From NCBI GenBank assembly GCA_963724195.1, contig CAVRTQ010000001.1, positions 3,078-67,077 of the forward strand: a stretch of 64,000 bases of DNA, written 5' to 3'. The translations under genes were made by a program, and so were the position numbers. The notes below the pieces were generated by a model. That model searched no databases, had not been told where the DNA came from, and worked only from the letters and a program-made list of their open reading frames with translations. This document shows positions 49,153 through 59,355 of this stretch, in pieces. Positions within the stretch are counted from its first letter, which is position 1. Each line of letters opens with the position of its first letter. This DNA comes from an uncultured Solirubrobacteraceae bacterium. GTDB taxonomy: Bacteria; Actinomycetota; Thermoleophilia; Solirubrobacterales; Solirubrobacteraceae.

Positions 49153-51191
49153 ATGCACCTCGGTTCTACGGCAGACGGGACACGGGTCGAGCTCGACCCG
49201 GCGGACCTCACCACCCACGGCGTGATCGTGGGCATGACGGGTTCCGGCAAGACCGGGCTCGGCATCGTGTTGCTCGAGGAGGCGCTCGCGGCCGGGATCC
49301 CGACGCTGATCCTGGACCCCAAGGGCGACATGGGCAACCTCGCCGGCGAGGACGTGACGATCTACACGCCCGGGTCGGAAGCGGGCGTGCCGCTGAACGT
49401 GATCGGCTCGCTGGCGGCGCCGCCGTTGTCGTGGGACACGGAGGCCGAGACGCTGCGCGACGAGATCGAGAGCGTCGTGACGAGCCTGCTGGGGTTGGTC
49501 GGGATCGCCGCCGACCCGCTGGCGAGCCGCGAGTTCGTGCTGCTCGCCAACCTGATCGAGCACGCGTGGCGCGCGGGCCGCGACCTGGACCTGGCGACGC
49601 TGATCGGCGAGGTGCACGCGCCGCCGCTCCGCAAGCTCGGCGTGTTCGACGTCGACGTCTTCTTCCCGCCCGCGGAGCGGACCGCGCTGGCGATGCGGCT
49701 GAACGGGCTGATCGCCTCGCCGTCGTTCGCGGCCTGGAGCGCGGGTGTGCCGCTGGACATCGGCGCGCTGCTCGGCGAGCGGCGCGCGGCGATCATCTAC
49801 CTCGCCCACCTGAGCGACGACGAGCGCCAGTTCGCGGTCACGCTCGTGCTGTCCAAGCTCGTGACGTGGATGCGCGGACTGCCCGGCACGAGCGAGCTGC
49901 GGGCGCTCGTCTACATGGACGAGGTCTTCGGCTTCGCGCCGCCCACGGCGATGCCGCCGGCCAAGCAGCCGATCCTCACGATCCTCAAGCAGGCGCGCGC
50001 GTTCGGGGTCGGCATGGTCCTCTCCACGCAGAACCCGGTCGACCTCGACTACAAGGCGATGGCCAACGCGGGCACCTGGCTCGTCGGGCGGCTGCAGACC
50101 GAGAATGACAAGGCGCGCGTGCTGGAAGGGCTCCGGTCCGCGGCCGGCGGCGCGGACATCGAGGCGCTCTCCGCCGGGATCGGCGGGTTGGCCAAGCGCC
50201 AGTTCATGCTCGTGAGCGCCCGGGCGAACCAGCCGGTGGTGTTCAGCACGCGGGACACGCGCTCGCGGCTGACGGGGCCGTTGACGCGCGAGCAGGTCGC
50301 GGCGATCACGCCGGACGTCCCGGTGGCGGCTCCGGTCGTGGTGTCGGCCGGCGGCACCCCGGTGGCGCCACCGGTGGCCGAGGGCGTGCCCGTCGGCTGG
50401 GCGGGGTCGGGGCGCCTGCGGGCGTATCTGAGCGCCCGGGTGAGCGTGCGCTACGACGACCCGGGCGTGGATGAGCTGGTGCGCTTCGAGGCGTTCTACA
50501 CGCTCGATGCGCGGCCCGCTGACGTGTCCGGTCCGGTCGCCGACGTGGCTCCGGCGGGCGCCGACTACGAGCTGCCCGACGCGCCGATCGGCGAGCGCGC
50601 GTTCTTCCGCGACGCCGAGAAGACGATCAAGCGCCAGGTGGTGGCGGAGCGCACGCTCGAGCTGCGCCGGAACGTGAAGCTCAAGCTCGTCTCCCGTCCG
50701 GGCGAGTCGGCGGAGGCGTTCGCCGCGCGCTGCGACGAGGCCGCGCAGGCAGGCCGCGGACGCCGAGGCGGCCAAGCTCCGTGACAGGCTGGAGGCGCGC
50801 GAGGACCGGTTGCAACGCGCGCTGGAAACGGCGCGCCGACGGGTCGAGGACCTCACCCTGGAGGAGCGCGCGCAGCAGACCGACCAGCTCGCCGCGGGCG
50901 CGGGGATGCTGCTCGGCGCGTTGCTGGGCGGACGCCGGCGCACACGGTCGATGGCCGGCGCGTTGGGCCGGTCGGCGCGCGGCGCGAGCAAGCGCCGCGC
51001 GGCGGAGGCGAAGGTCGCCGACGCGACCGACGATCTACTCGAGATCGAACGGGACATCGAGGCCTCGATCCTGGAGATCGACGCCCGCTGGCGCGCGGTG
51101 GCGCGATCAGATCGAGCCGGTCGCCGTGCGCGCCGAAGCCGCCGACGTCGCCGTCGAGCGGCTCGCGCTGATCTGGGCGACGCCGCTGTAG
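49153..51191 (+). CDS. HerA/FtsK-like (DUF87) ATPase (frameshift near 50750)
   Basis: GMTGSGKT, LVYMDE, KQARAFGVG, STQNPVD; coiled-coil C-terminus. Confidence 0.85.
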
Positions 51192-52247
51192 CCATCGCGC
51201 TCCATCAGCTCGAGCAGGCCGGTGAGGATCTGCTTGTTCAGCGTCGGGCCGTGGTAGACGAGGCCGGTGTAGAGCTGGACGGCCGTCGCGCCCAGCTTGA
51301 GCTTCGTGTAGGCCGCCTCGGCGGTGGTGACGCCGCCGGCGGCGATCAGCGCGTAGCGGTCCTGCGTGATCGACTTCAGCGTGCCGAGGATGGCGTTGAC
51401 GAAGTCCTCCACCGGCGGGCCGCCGACCGCGCCGGGGAGCTTCTCGAGCGAGTCGCGCGCGACGGTGACCTTCAGGAAGTCCGGCTTGCCCGACGGCAGG
51501 TTGATCGCGAAGCCCGAGACGAACGGGTGGCCGTCGGCGATCGCCACGATCTCGCGCAAGATGCCGGCGTCGCGGGTGGGCTTGAGCTTGAGGATCAGCG
51601 GCACGCGGGGGTCTTCCTGCGCGAGCCGCTGCAGCAGCGCGTCGATCCGGGGGAGCTCGTCGAAGAAGTCGCGGTCCGCGGCCGAGTTCGGGCAGCTCAG
51701 GTTCAGCGCGATGTAGTCCGCGCGATCCTGCAGGACCGCGAACGAGGCGGCGTAGTCCTCGTAGACCTCGGGCCCGTTGGCGGGCTTGGCGGGGTCGTTG
51801 GTCTTGACCAGGTTCACGCCCACCGGCACCCGGCGCGGGCCGGCCAGGCGCTCCCGCACCGCGTGGGCGCCCTCGTTGGGCACGCCGTAGGCGACGACGA
51901 TCGCCTCGTCCTGCGGGACGCGGAACAGCCGCGGCTTCGGGTTCCCGTCCGACGCGTCCGCGGACACGGAGCCGATCTCGATGTGGCCGAACCCCAGCGC
52001 GCCGAGCATCCGCACCGCGCGCGCGTTCTTGTCGAACCCGGCGGCGAGCCCGAGCGGGTTGGTCAGCGGGAGCCCGGCCAGCGACGTCTGCAGGCGCGGG
52101 ATCACTGAAGGTGAACGCCTTGCCGGCCGCGCGCCGGACGAGCGACGAGCGCCCGCCGAGCTCGGACGCGGCGAGCGTCAGGTTGTGCGCGCGCTCAGCG
52201 TCGAGCCGGAACAGCAGCGGCCGGACCGCGGACTCGTAGACGCTCAT
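51107..52247 (-). CDS. pyrD: Dihydroorotate dehydrogenase (quinone), frameshift near 52105
   Basis: DAERAH, NPLGLAAGFDKN, GNPKPRLFR, NLSCPN, VQLYTGLVY. Confidence 0.88.
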
Positions 52248-52259
52248 CCCTCCAATGAT

Positions 52260-52697
52260 CTAGCAGTTGCCGACGTTCAGGAAGCTCCCCGAGCCCGTGT
52301 CGCCCGTCTGCGGGGAGAAGCTCAGGCTGAACGCGTACTGGTCGCGGTGCCAGGCGCCGCCCCAGAACGCGCCGAGCTGGGACGCGTAGACATCGCGCAC
52401 GTCCCACGCACCGCCCGCGGCCGCCATGTTGACCGTCGCCACCGTGCTGAACCAGCCGCCGGCCTGCGGGCGCCGCACGGTGAAGCGCGCGGCCGCCTGC
52501 GGCCCGCCCTGGGCCGTCGCCAGCACGAGCGTGACCTTCCACACCGGCCCGTAGCCGCCGTTCTCCGGCGTCTTGCAGGCGAGGAACACCCCGCCGCGGC
52601 CGCTCCCGAGCGTCGTCCACGCCGCCTCCGCACGAGCGGGCACCACCCCGGCGACGAGCGCGAACATCACGGCGAGCAACAGCGCACGAGCGAACAT
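52260..52697 (-). CDS. Secreted hypothetical protein
   Basis: Signal peptide ending AEA, beta-rich, two Cys. Confidence 0.65.
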   Translation of the reverse strand: MFARALLLAVMFALVAGVVPARAEAAWTTLGSGRGGVFLACKTPENGGYGPVWKVTLVLATAQGGPQAAARFTVRRPQAGGWFSTVATVNMAAAGGAWDVRDVYASQLGAFWGGAWHRDQYAFSLSFSPQTGDTGSGSFLNVGNC

Positions 52698-52739
52698 CTT
52701 CCAGCCTCCCGGTGGCCTCCGTGTCAGCATCGTACAGCC

Positions 52740-52976
52740 ATGGACGCTCCCTTCACGCTCGAACCCGCGCCGGGTGGCGCAATCCTGACGGTCGACGAAG
52801 CGCGGCTCACGCTCGACCAGGAGGCCTTGCGCGAGCTGCGCGACGGCATCGACGCCGCGGTGGCCCGCGGCGCCGCCGGTGGTCAGGGCCCCGTCAGTGA
52901 GTTCGGGGTCGGCGACGCCACCGTCACCGTGTCCGCCGTGCCCGGCGGCTCGGTGAAGCTGCGCATCGACCGCTGA
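52740..52976 (+). CDS. Small hypothetical protein
   Basis: 78-aa ORF MDAPFTLEP...KLRIDR with typical codon bias, fills the gap. Confidence 0.55.
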   Translation: MDAPFTLEPAPGGAILTVDEARLTLDQEALRELRDGIDAAVARGAAGGQGPVSEFGVGDATVTVSAVPGGSVKLRIDR

Positions 52977-52979
52977 CGC

Positions 52980-53369
52980 TCACACCACGGCCACCGCGTC
53001 GATCTCGACGAGGAACTCCGGCCCGAGTCCGGCCACGGTGTGCACCGTGATGGCCGGCGGCGGGTCCTCCGGGTTCCACACCTGCTGAAAGGCGCCCACG
53101 CCCTCGTGCACGGGCTGGCCGTCGACGACGGCGATCCGCCAGTGCACGACGTTGGCCAGCGTCCCGCCCTCGCTCTCGACGACGATCTGGATGCGCTTGA
53201 GCGCCTGCAGCGCCTGCTCGCCGAGCGTGTCGCCGACCACCTTCCCCTCGGCATCGACGCCGTTCTGCCCGCCGATGTAGATCGTCTTCGCCGGCTGTTC
53301 GACGACGACCGCCTGGCTGAACGCCGGGCTGAAGTGGAGTCCTTCGGGGTTGATGTGCCGTGTAGCCAT
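52980..53369 (-). CDS. RidA/YjgF family protein
   Basis: FSQAV, IYIGGQ, LVEIDAVA. Confidence 0.9.
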   Translation of the reverse strand: MATRHINPEGLHFSPAFSQAVVVEQPAKTIYIGGQNGVDAEGKVVGDTLGEQALQALKRIQIVVESEGGTLANVVHWRIAVVDGQPVHEGVGAFQQVWNPEDPPPAITVHTVAGLGPEFLVEIDAVAVV

Positions 53370-53394
53370 GTAACTAGTTATAGTGGTTACATGG
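53366..53394. promoter_or_regulatory. Palindromic divergent promoter/operator containing both start codons
   Basis: CCATGTAAC-TAGTTATAGTG-GTTACATGG; TATAGT 6 nt before ATG 53391. Confidence 0.7.
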
Positions 53395-53964
53395 TTTCGA
53401 CGTCGACCGGTCGGCGGTTGCAGGACCCCAAGGGCGGGTCGTTCTGGTTCGACGCCGGCGCCGTCTGCCTGGACTTCGCCCACACGGGCGGCGAGGGCGC
53501 GTACGCGAAGTTCGAATCGCTCCACGCGCCTGCCGACCTGGAGGCCTGGCTGGCCGAGCCGCCACTCTCCGCGGCGCTGACGGCGACCGCCGAGGACCTG
53601 ACGGCCGCCAAGGCGCTGCGTCAGGCGATCTGGGTCGCCGCCCACGCCCAGGCGGACGGCGTCGCGCTCCCCGCGGATGCGGTGGCGACGATCAACGCCG
53701 CGGCCGCCGAGCCACCACTCATTCCCCAGCTGGGCGTGGGTTGGGCCCCGCCCGTCCGGGCCTCGCAAGCGCTCTCCACGCTCGCGCGGGAGCTGATCGA
53801 CCTGCTGTCCGGCCCGCTCGCCGACGCGCTTCCGCGAGTGCGCGAGCGACAACTGCCCGCTCGTGTTCGTCGACTCCTCACGACCCGGGTCCCGGCGCTG
53901 GTGCTCGATGGAGCGCTGCGGCAACCGGAACAAGATCCGGGCGCATCGCGCCCGGCAGGCCTAG
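53391..53964 (+). CDS. ABATE/CGNR zinc finger transcriptional regulator (frameshift near 53828)
   Basis: CLDFAHT; RECASDNCPLVFVDSSRPGSRRWCSMERCGNR. Confidence 0.9.
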
Positions 53965-54051
53965 CGGAGAGAGGGGGATTCGAACCCCCGGACGAGTTTC
54001 CCCGTCACACGATTTCCAGTCGTGCCCGTTCAGCCGCTCCGGCACCTCTCC
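53965..54051 (-). tRNA. tRNA-Ser (GGA)
   Basis: GGAGAGG acceptor stem, anticodon arm CACGA-CTGGAAA-TCGTG, long variable arm, GGTTCGAATCC; CCA not encoded. Confidence 0.96.
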
Positions 54052-54079
54052 TGGATCGACGCGACAGGCTAGCGCGAAC

Positions 54080-55282
54080 TTAGATTTGCCACGCCCCGCC
54101 CTGCAGGACGGGTACCCGATCGCCGTCCTGGGTGATCCCCGTGACGGTGAGCGCGTCGGAGCCGATCATGAAGTCGATGTGGATGTCGGACTCGTTCATC
54201 CGCGCGGACGTGGCCTCGTCGCCCGCCAGGAACGGGAAGGCGCGGCCGAGCGCGATGTGCGAGGCGGCGTTCTCGTCCAGCAGCGTGTCGTAGAAGACGG
54301 TGTCGAGCGCGCCGATCCGGCCCTCGTTGTCCACGAGCGCGACCTCGCCGAGACGCGCGGCGCCCTCGTCGCGCTGGATGATCGTGCGCATGGTCTCCTG
54401 GGCGGTGGACGCGGTCAGCTCGACGGCGCGGCCGCCCTCGAAGCGCACTTCGAGATCTCGCACGACGGTGCCGTCGATCAGCACGAGCGGCTTCGTGGAG
54501 CGCACGTGGCCGTCGACGCGCGTCGGGTCGGGGCTGGTGAAGACCTCCTCGGTGGGGAGGTTCGGCATGTGCGGGATGCCGTCGGCGGTCTGGAAGCGCG
54601 CGGCCTGCCACGACGCGCCCCGCAGCAGGCCGACGGTCATGTCGGTGCCAGGCCCCTCGTAGTGGAGCGCGTCGAAGCCGCGCTCGGTCAGGTTCTGCGC
54701 CACCGCGACGAGCCGGTCGGCGCGCGAGCGCCAGGCGGCGACGGGGTCCTCCTCGTCCAGGCGCAGGACGTGCAGGAGCTGCTCCTCGAGCTTGGCGAGC
54801 GCGTCCTCCGGCGACAGGTCGGGGTGGACCATCTCCGCCCAGGCGGGCGTCGGGCCGGGCAGGATCGTCCAGTTGATCTCGCGGCGGCCGACGACCTCGC
54901 CGGTCTCGCGGATCGCCGGCAGACGGTCACGGCCGGAGCGCACGGGGTCCAGGTCGTCCATCAGCCCCGGGGCGACGGGGCCGGACAGCGTGATCGCGGC
55001 GCCACGCTCCCGCCCCAGCGTGAGGATGCGGTCACCGAGCCACGGCGGGACGTACTCGAGCGTGTCGTCGGCGGCGTGCGCGATCCGCGCGCGCTTGATC
55101 CAGGGGTCGAACCACGCGAGATCGACGAACTTGGCGCCCTTCTCGTACGCGCGGTTCGCGATCGCGCGGACGAGCTGCTCCTTGCCGGGAGCCCCGCTCA
55201 GGCTGACGACCTGGCCGGGTTGGAGGTTGGCGCCGAAATCGACAGCGAGCTCGGCGAAGCGCGCAAGCGTTACATCGTCCAT
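54080..55282 (-). CDS. Aminopeptidase, M29 family
   Basis: GANLQPG, NLPTEEVFTSP, LGEVALV, LDENAASHIALG, SDIHIDFMIG. Confidence 0.94.
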   Translation of the reverse strand: MDDVTLARFAELAVDFGANLQPGQVVSLSGAPGKEQLVRAIANRAYEKGAKFVDLAWFDPWIKRARIAHAADDTLEYVPPWLGDRILTLGRERGAAITLSGPVAPGLMDDLDPVRSGRDRLPAIRETGEVVGRREINWTILPGPTPAWAEMVHPDLSPEDALAKLEEQLLHVLRLDEEDPVAAWRSRADRLVAVAQNLTERGFDALHYEGPGTDMTVGLLRGASWQAARFQTADGIPHMPNLPTEEVFTSPDPTRVDGHVRSTKPLVLIDGTVVRDLEVRFEGGRAVELTASTAQETMRTIIQRDEGAARLGEVALVDNEGRIGALDTVFYDTLLDENAASHIALGRAFPFLAGDEATSARMNESDIHIDFMIGSDALTVTGITQDGDRVPVLQGGAWQI

Positions 55283-55317
55283 GGCACGGCGAGCGTAGCT
55301 GGTGACACTATGCAGCC

Positions 55318-55776
55318 GTGCTCCGCTATCGCCATGTCCTGGTCGCGTTCGACGCCTCGTCCGAGGCGCAACTCGCGCTCGCCCACGCCGTCGCGATGGC
55401 GCAGGTCTACCGCGCGAAGGTCGCGCTCGTCGCCGTCGTGCCTCCGCCGCCGTTGCTCTCCTGGCAGGCGCCGGGCGGGATGCGCGGCATTCACGAGGCC
55501 GAGCAGGAGGAGCTCGAGAAGGCGCTGCGCGAAGCCGCCGACGGCGTCCCCGACGACTTGTCCGTGACCACGCAGCTGCTCGACGGCGACCCGGCGCGCG
55601 AGCTGCTGCGGCTGGCCCGCGACGGTGACTTCGACGTGATCGTGATGGGCTCGCGCGGCCGTGGGCGGGTGACCGCGGCGTTGCTCGGCAGCGTCTCGAA
55701 CCGGGTCATGCACGACGCCGGCGTGCCGGTGATCGTGATCCACCGACCGAGCGACGGGCCCGACCTTGCCGCATAG
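55318..55776 (+). CDS. Universal stress protein
   Basis: VLVAFDAS, VMGSRGRG, LLGSVS. Confidence 0.93.
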   Translation: MLRYRHVLVAFDASSEAQLALAHAVAMAQVYRAKVALVAVVPPPPLLSWQAPGGMRGIHEAEQEELEKALREAADGVPDDLSVTTQLLDGDPARELLRLARDGDFDVIVMGSRGRGRVTAALLGSVSNRVMHDAGVPVIVIHRPSDGPDLAA

Positions 55777-56593
55777 ACAGTGGACCGTCCTGGACGCGCC
55801 CTCCAACCTCGGGCTGCGTCAGCTGCGCCCGGGGGTCGAGCCGGGTGCGCGGCGGCTCGCCGACGCGCTCCGGGCGTGCGGTCTGGTCGAGCGGCTCGGC
55901 GGGCGGGACGCGGGGCGCGTGGAGGCGCCGCCGTGGACCGAGATGTTCGAGAACCGCTCCCGGATTCCGGCCTACACGGTGCAGTTGGCGAAGCGGCTGG
56001 GCGACCTGCTGCGGGCCGGGGAGAAGCCGCTCGTGCTCGGCGGCGACTGCTCGATCCTGCTCGGGGCGATGCTCGCGCTGCGCCGGCGCGGCCAGTACGG
56101 CCTGGCGTTCCTCGACGGGCATCTCGACTTCCGCGTGGAGGACGTGGACGCCGTCGCGGGTGAGGACCTGGCGGTCGTCACGGGGCGGGCGGAGGACGCG
56201 CTGGCCGACATCGACGGACTGCGGCCGTACGTGCGCGACGAGGACGTCGTGGCGCTGGGAGATCGCAGCGGGGACACGATCCCGTCGTCGATCCGCGTGA
56301 TCGGGTTGGACGCGTTGCGCCGCGGTGAGTGGGCCGTGCCGGGCGTGCCGTACTGGATTCACCTCGACGCCGACGTGCTGCGGCTCGACGCGGTCGATTC
56401 GCCCCAGCCGGACGGGCTCTCCTACGACGAGCTGACGGAGGTGTTGCGGCGGCTGGTGCCGGGCGCCGTCGGCATGCACGTGACGATCTTCGATCCGGAC
56501 AAGGACCCGGACGGCAGCGCGGCTCACGCGTTGACGGATTGCCTCGTCAGCGGGTTGGCACCCGCAGCGACTCGATCGCGCTCGAGAAGCTGA
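55766..56593 (+). CDS. Arginase family protein
   Basis: GGDCS, DGHLD, HLDAD, FDPDKD. Confidence 0.88.
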   Translation: MPHRQWTVLDAPSNLGLRQLRPGVEPGARRLADALRACGLVERLGGRDAGRVEAPPWTEMFENRSRIPAYTVQLAKRLGDLLRAGEKPLVLGGDCSILLGAMLALRRRGQYGLAFLDGHLDFRVEDVDAVAGEDLAVVTGRAEDALADIDGLRPYVRDEDVVALGDRSGDTIPSSIRVIGLDALRRGEWAVPGVPYWIHLDADVLRLDAVDSPQPDGLSYDELTEVLRRLVPGAVGMHVTIFDPDKDPDGSAAHALTDCLVSGLAPAATRSRSRS

Positions 56594-57465
56594 AGCCCGG
56601 TTTGACGCCGCCCTGGACGGTGTAGACCGTCCGGCCGCGGGCGACGACGCCGAGGCCGTGGCGCGGACGCGGCATGTCCGCGAGCGCGCTCCAACGCCGG
56701 GTCCGCGGGTCGAAGAGCTCCACCTCGGGGATCGTGCCCGCGCGCTCCTCCCCGCCGGCGATCACGATCCGGCCGTCGCTCGAGGGCGGCGGCCGCCGTG
56801 CCGCCGCGCGAGCGCTTGAGGTCGGGGAGTGGCTCCCAGGCGTTCTTGGCGGGGACGTACCGCTCGGCGACGGTGAGGTTGCCGGGCGCACGGCCGGCGA
56901 GCACGTAGAACGCGGTCTTGGTCGCGGCGCCGCCGAGGTGCTCGCGGGCGACGCGCATCGGCGGGCCGGGACTCCAGCGCTCCGTCGTGAAGTCGTAGAC
57001 CTCGAGCGTGGTGAGGGCCGTGCCGTCCACCGCGCCTCCGGCCGCGTACAGGCGGTCCCCGATGACGGCGGCGGTGAGCGCGCCGCGCGCGGTCGGCATC
57101 GGCGGCAGGCTCGACCAGCGGTTGCGGGTCGGGTCGTAGCGGAAGAACGTGGCCTGCTCGACGTTGCCGTCCTGATAGCCGCCGACGAGGTACAGGTCGC
57201 CCTTGTAGACGGCGGCGGCCGCGTGGTTGAGGCGGGCGGGGATCGGCGCACGGCGCGTCCAGCGGTCCTTGCCGATGTCGTAGCGCTCGAGCGCGGCCGT
57301 CGAGCGACTGGTGCGTGCGAAGCCGCCGGCGACGTAGATCGCGTTCCCGATCCGCACCGCGGACACCTCGGTGCGCTTGAGCGGCGCGCTGTCGAGCGTG
57401 CGCCACTCATGCGCCTGGGCGGGCGCTGCGAGCAGCAGCGTGAGCAGGACGACGAGACGACGCAT
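56547..57465 (-). CDS. Secreted Kelch-repeat protein (frameshift near 56780)
   Basis: Signal peptide; repeated YVAGG/YLVGG/YAAGG...YD...W. Confidence 0.9.
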
Positions 57466-59355
57466 CACTGCGTCGATGGAGTACCGCTTGAGGAGACGGC
57501 GCATTGCGTGCGCTCGTACCCACTTCCGTCGCGTAGCTCTACAACCCGGTCGAATCGCTCCAGGCCGGTGGGGTCGTGGGTGACGACGATCAGCGTGCGG
57601 TCGGTGGCCAGCACGTCGTCGAGGAGCGCGTGGGCCGAGCGTCGGGTCGAGCATCGCGGTCGGCTCGTCGAGGATGAGGATCTCGGCGGGGCTGACGAGC
57701 GCGCGGGCGAGCCCGATGCGCTGGCGCTGACCGCCGGAGACGGCGACGCCGTCCTCGCCGACGACGGTGTGGATGCCGTCGGGGAGCGCTTGGAGCCAGG
57801 CTCTCGGCCCGCCTGCGTCCAGGGCGCTTCGATCTCGCGATCGGTGGCGTCGGCGCGGCCGATGCGCACGTTGGCGGCGATCGTGCCCGCGAGCAGGTGC
57901 GCGTCCTGGCCCGCGAGGCGGATGCGGTCGCGGACGTTGGCTTGCGTGTTTGAGGTCGACGCCGCCGAGGGCGACGGTTCCCTCGTCCGGGTCGGAGAGG
58001 CGCGCGAGCAGGTCCGCGAGCGTGGACTTGCCCGCGCCGGACGGGCCGACGATCGCGACGTGCTCGCCCGGCTCGACGGTGAGGTCGATGCCGTCGAGCA
58101 CGATCGGGTGGTCCGGGCCGCCGGGGCGGTGGACGAGGTTGGTGGCCGTGAGGGCGGCGTGGTGCGGGAGTGGCGTGTCGCCGGTGTGGGCGAGCGTTTC
58201 CGGGCCTTGCGTGACCTCGTCGAGGCGCTGCTTGGCGGCGCGGACGCCGATCAGTCTCAGCGCCGCCTCCGGGAGCGCCGCCGGCGCCTCGAACGCGCCG
58301 AGCGTGAGCAGGACGAGCGCGCCGAGCCAGACCGTGGCGAGGTCGCTGCTGGTGCCGAGCTGGAGGACGGCCGCGAGGCTGAGTCCCGCGGTGAGCGTGG
58401 TCGCGGTGGCGCCGAACGCGGCCGCGCGGGCCTGGCCGCGGTCGATCCGCGCGAGCCTGCGGCTGGCGTGTTCGAGGTGCGCGAGGCGCCGCGGGCCCTG
58501 TCCCGCCACCGCGAGCTGCGGGCCGAGCGCGAGCGCCTCGACGAGCTGCGCGCCGTACGCCGCGCGGGCCTTGCCGGGCGCGGTGTGACGGGCGAGCGCG
58601 TGCGTCGCCGCGGGGACGATCAGCGTCGCGAGGACGAGACCGGCGGCGAGCGCCGGCGCGGAAGCCGGCAGGATCAGCGCCGCGGCGATGACCACGCCGA
58701 CCGACGCGGCGACCGCGACGATCGCGGGCAGCAGCACACGCGGGTGCAGGTGCTGCAGCTCGTCCACGTCGCTCGTGAAGCGCGTGAGCAGGTCGGTCGC
58801 GCCGGGCAGCCCGGGCCGCCCGATGCGGCTGGAAAGCCGCTCGAAGAACGCGACCCGCGTGTCCGCGAGCCGCCTGAGCGCCACGTCGTGCGACGCGAGC
58901 CGCTCCCCGTACCGCGCCAGCGCCCGCACGAGCCCGAGCGCGCGCACCGTGACGATCCCGACGAGCAACGCGAGCACGGGCGGCTGCTCCGCCGCGCGCG
59001 TCACCAGCCACCCGCTCGTCGCCAGCACGGCGAGCCCGGCCAGCGTCCCGAGCACGCCGAGCGCCACGGCCGTCACGCCGGGCCGGCGCCCGAACCCGCG
59101 CACCGGCTTGGCCTCCACCCCGCCGCCCCGCAACGTCAGCCCGGCCCCGCCCGCCGATTCTAAAGAGGGACTGTCCCTCTTTAGATTCGCGGCAATGCCC
59201 GGTGAATCCAGGCCTCGCGAGCCGTCGCGGGCCGAACCTTCGCCGCCGCGGGCCGAACATAAAGAGGGACTGTCCCTCTTTATGTTCGTGCGGAGCGAGC
59301 CGGGGCCCTGCGAGCCGGTGCGGCGGGCGCGCAGCGAGCCCGTGTCCCACGTCAT
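57465..59355 (-). CDS. cydC: Thiol reductant/heme ABC exporter CydC (frameshifts)
   Basis: RYGERLASHD, GPSGAGKST, SGGQRQR, LDEPT. Confidence 0.88.
59159..59288. repeat. Pair of REP-like palindromes
   Basis: TCTAAAGAGGGAC-T-GTCCCTCTTTAGA (59159-85) and CGAACATAAAGAGGGAC-T-GTCCCTCTTTATGTTCG (59254-88). Confidence 0.85.

Noticed and set aside
53965-54051. tRNA-anchored genomic island
   Set aside because: No integrase and no duplicated tRNA 3' end seen
59159-59288. CRISPR array or DosR boxes
   Set aside because: Only two units, spacer of about 70 bp, no cas genes; half-site spacing is 1 nt rather than the DosR spacing
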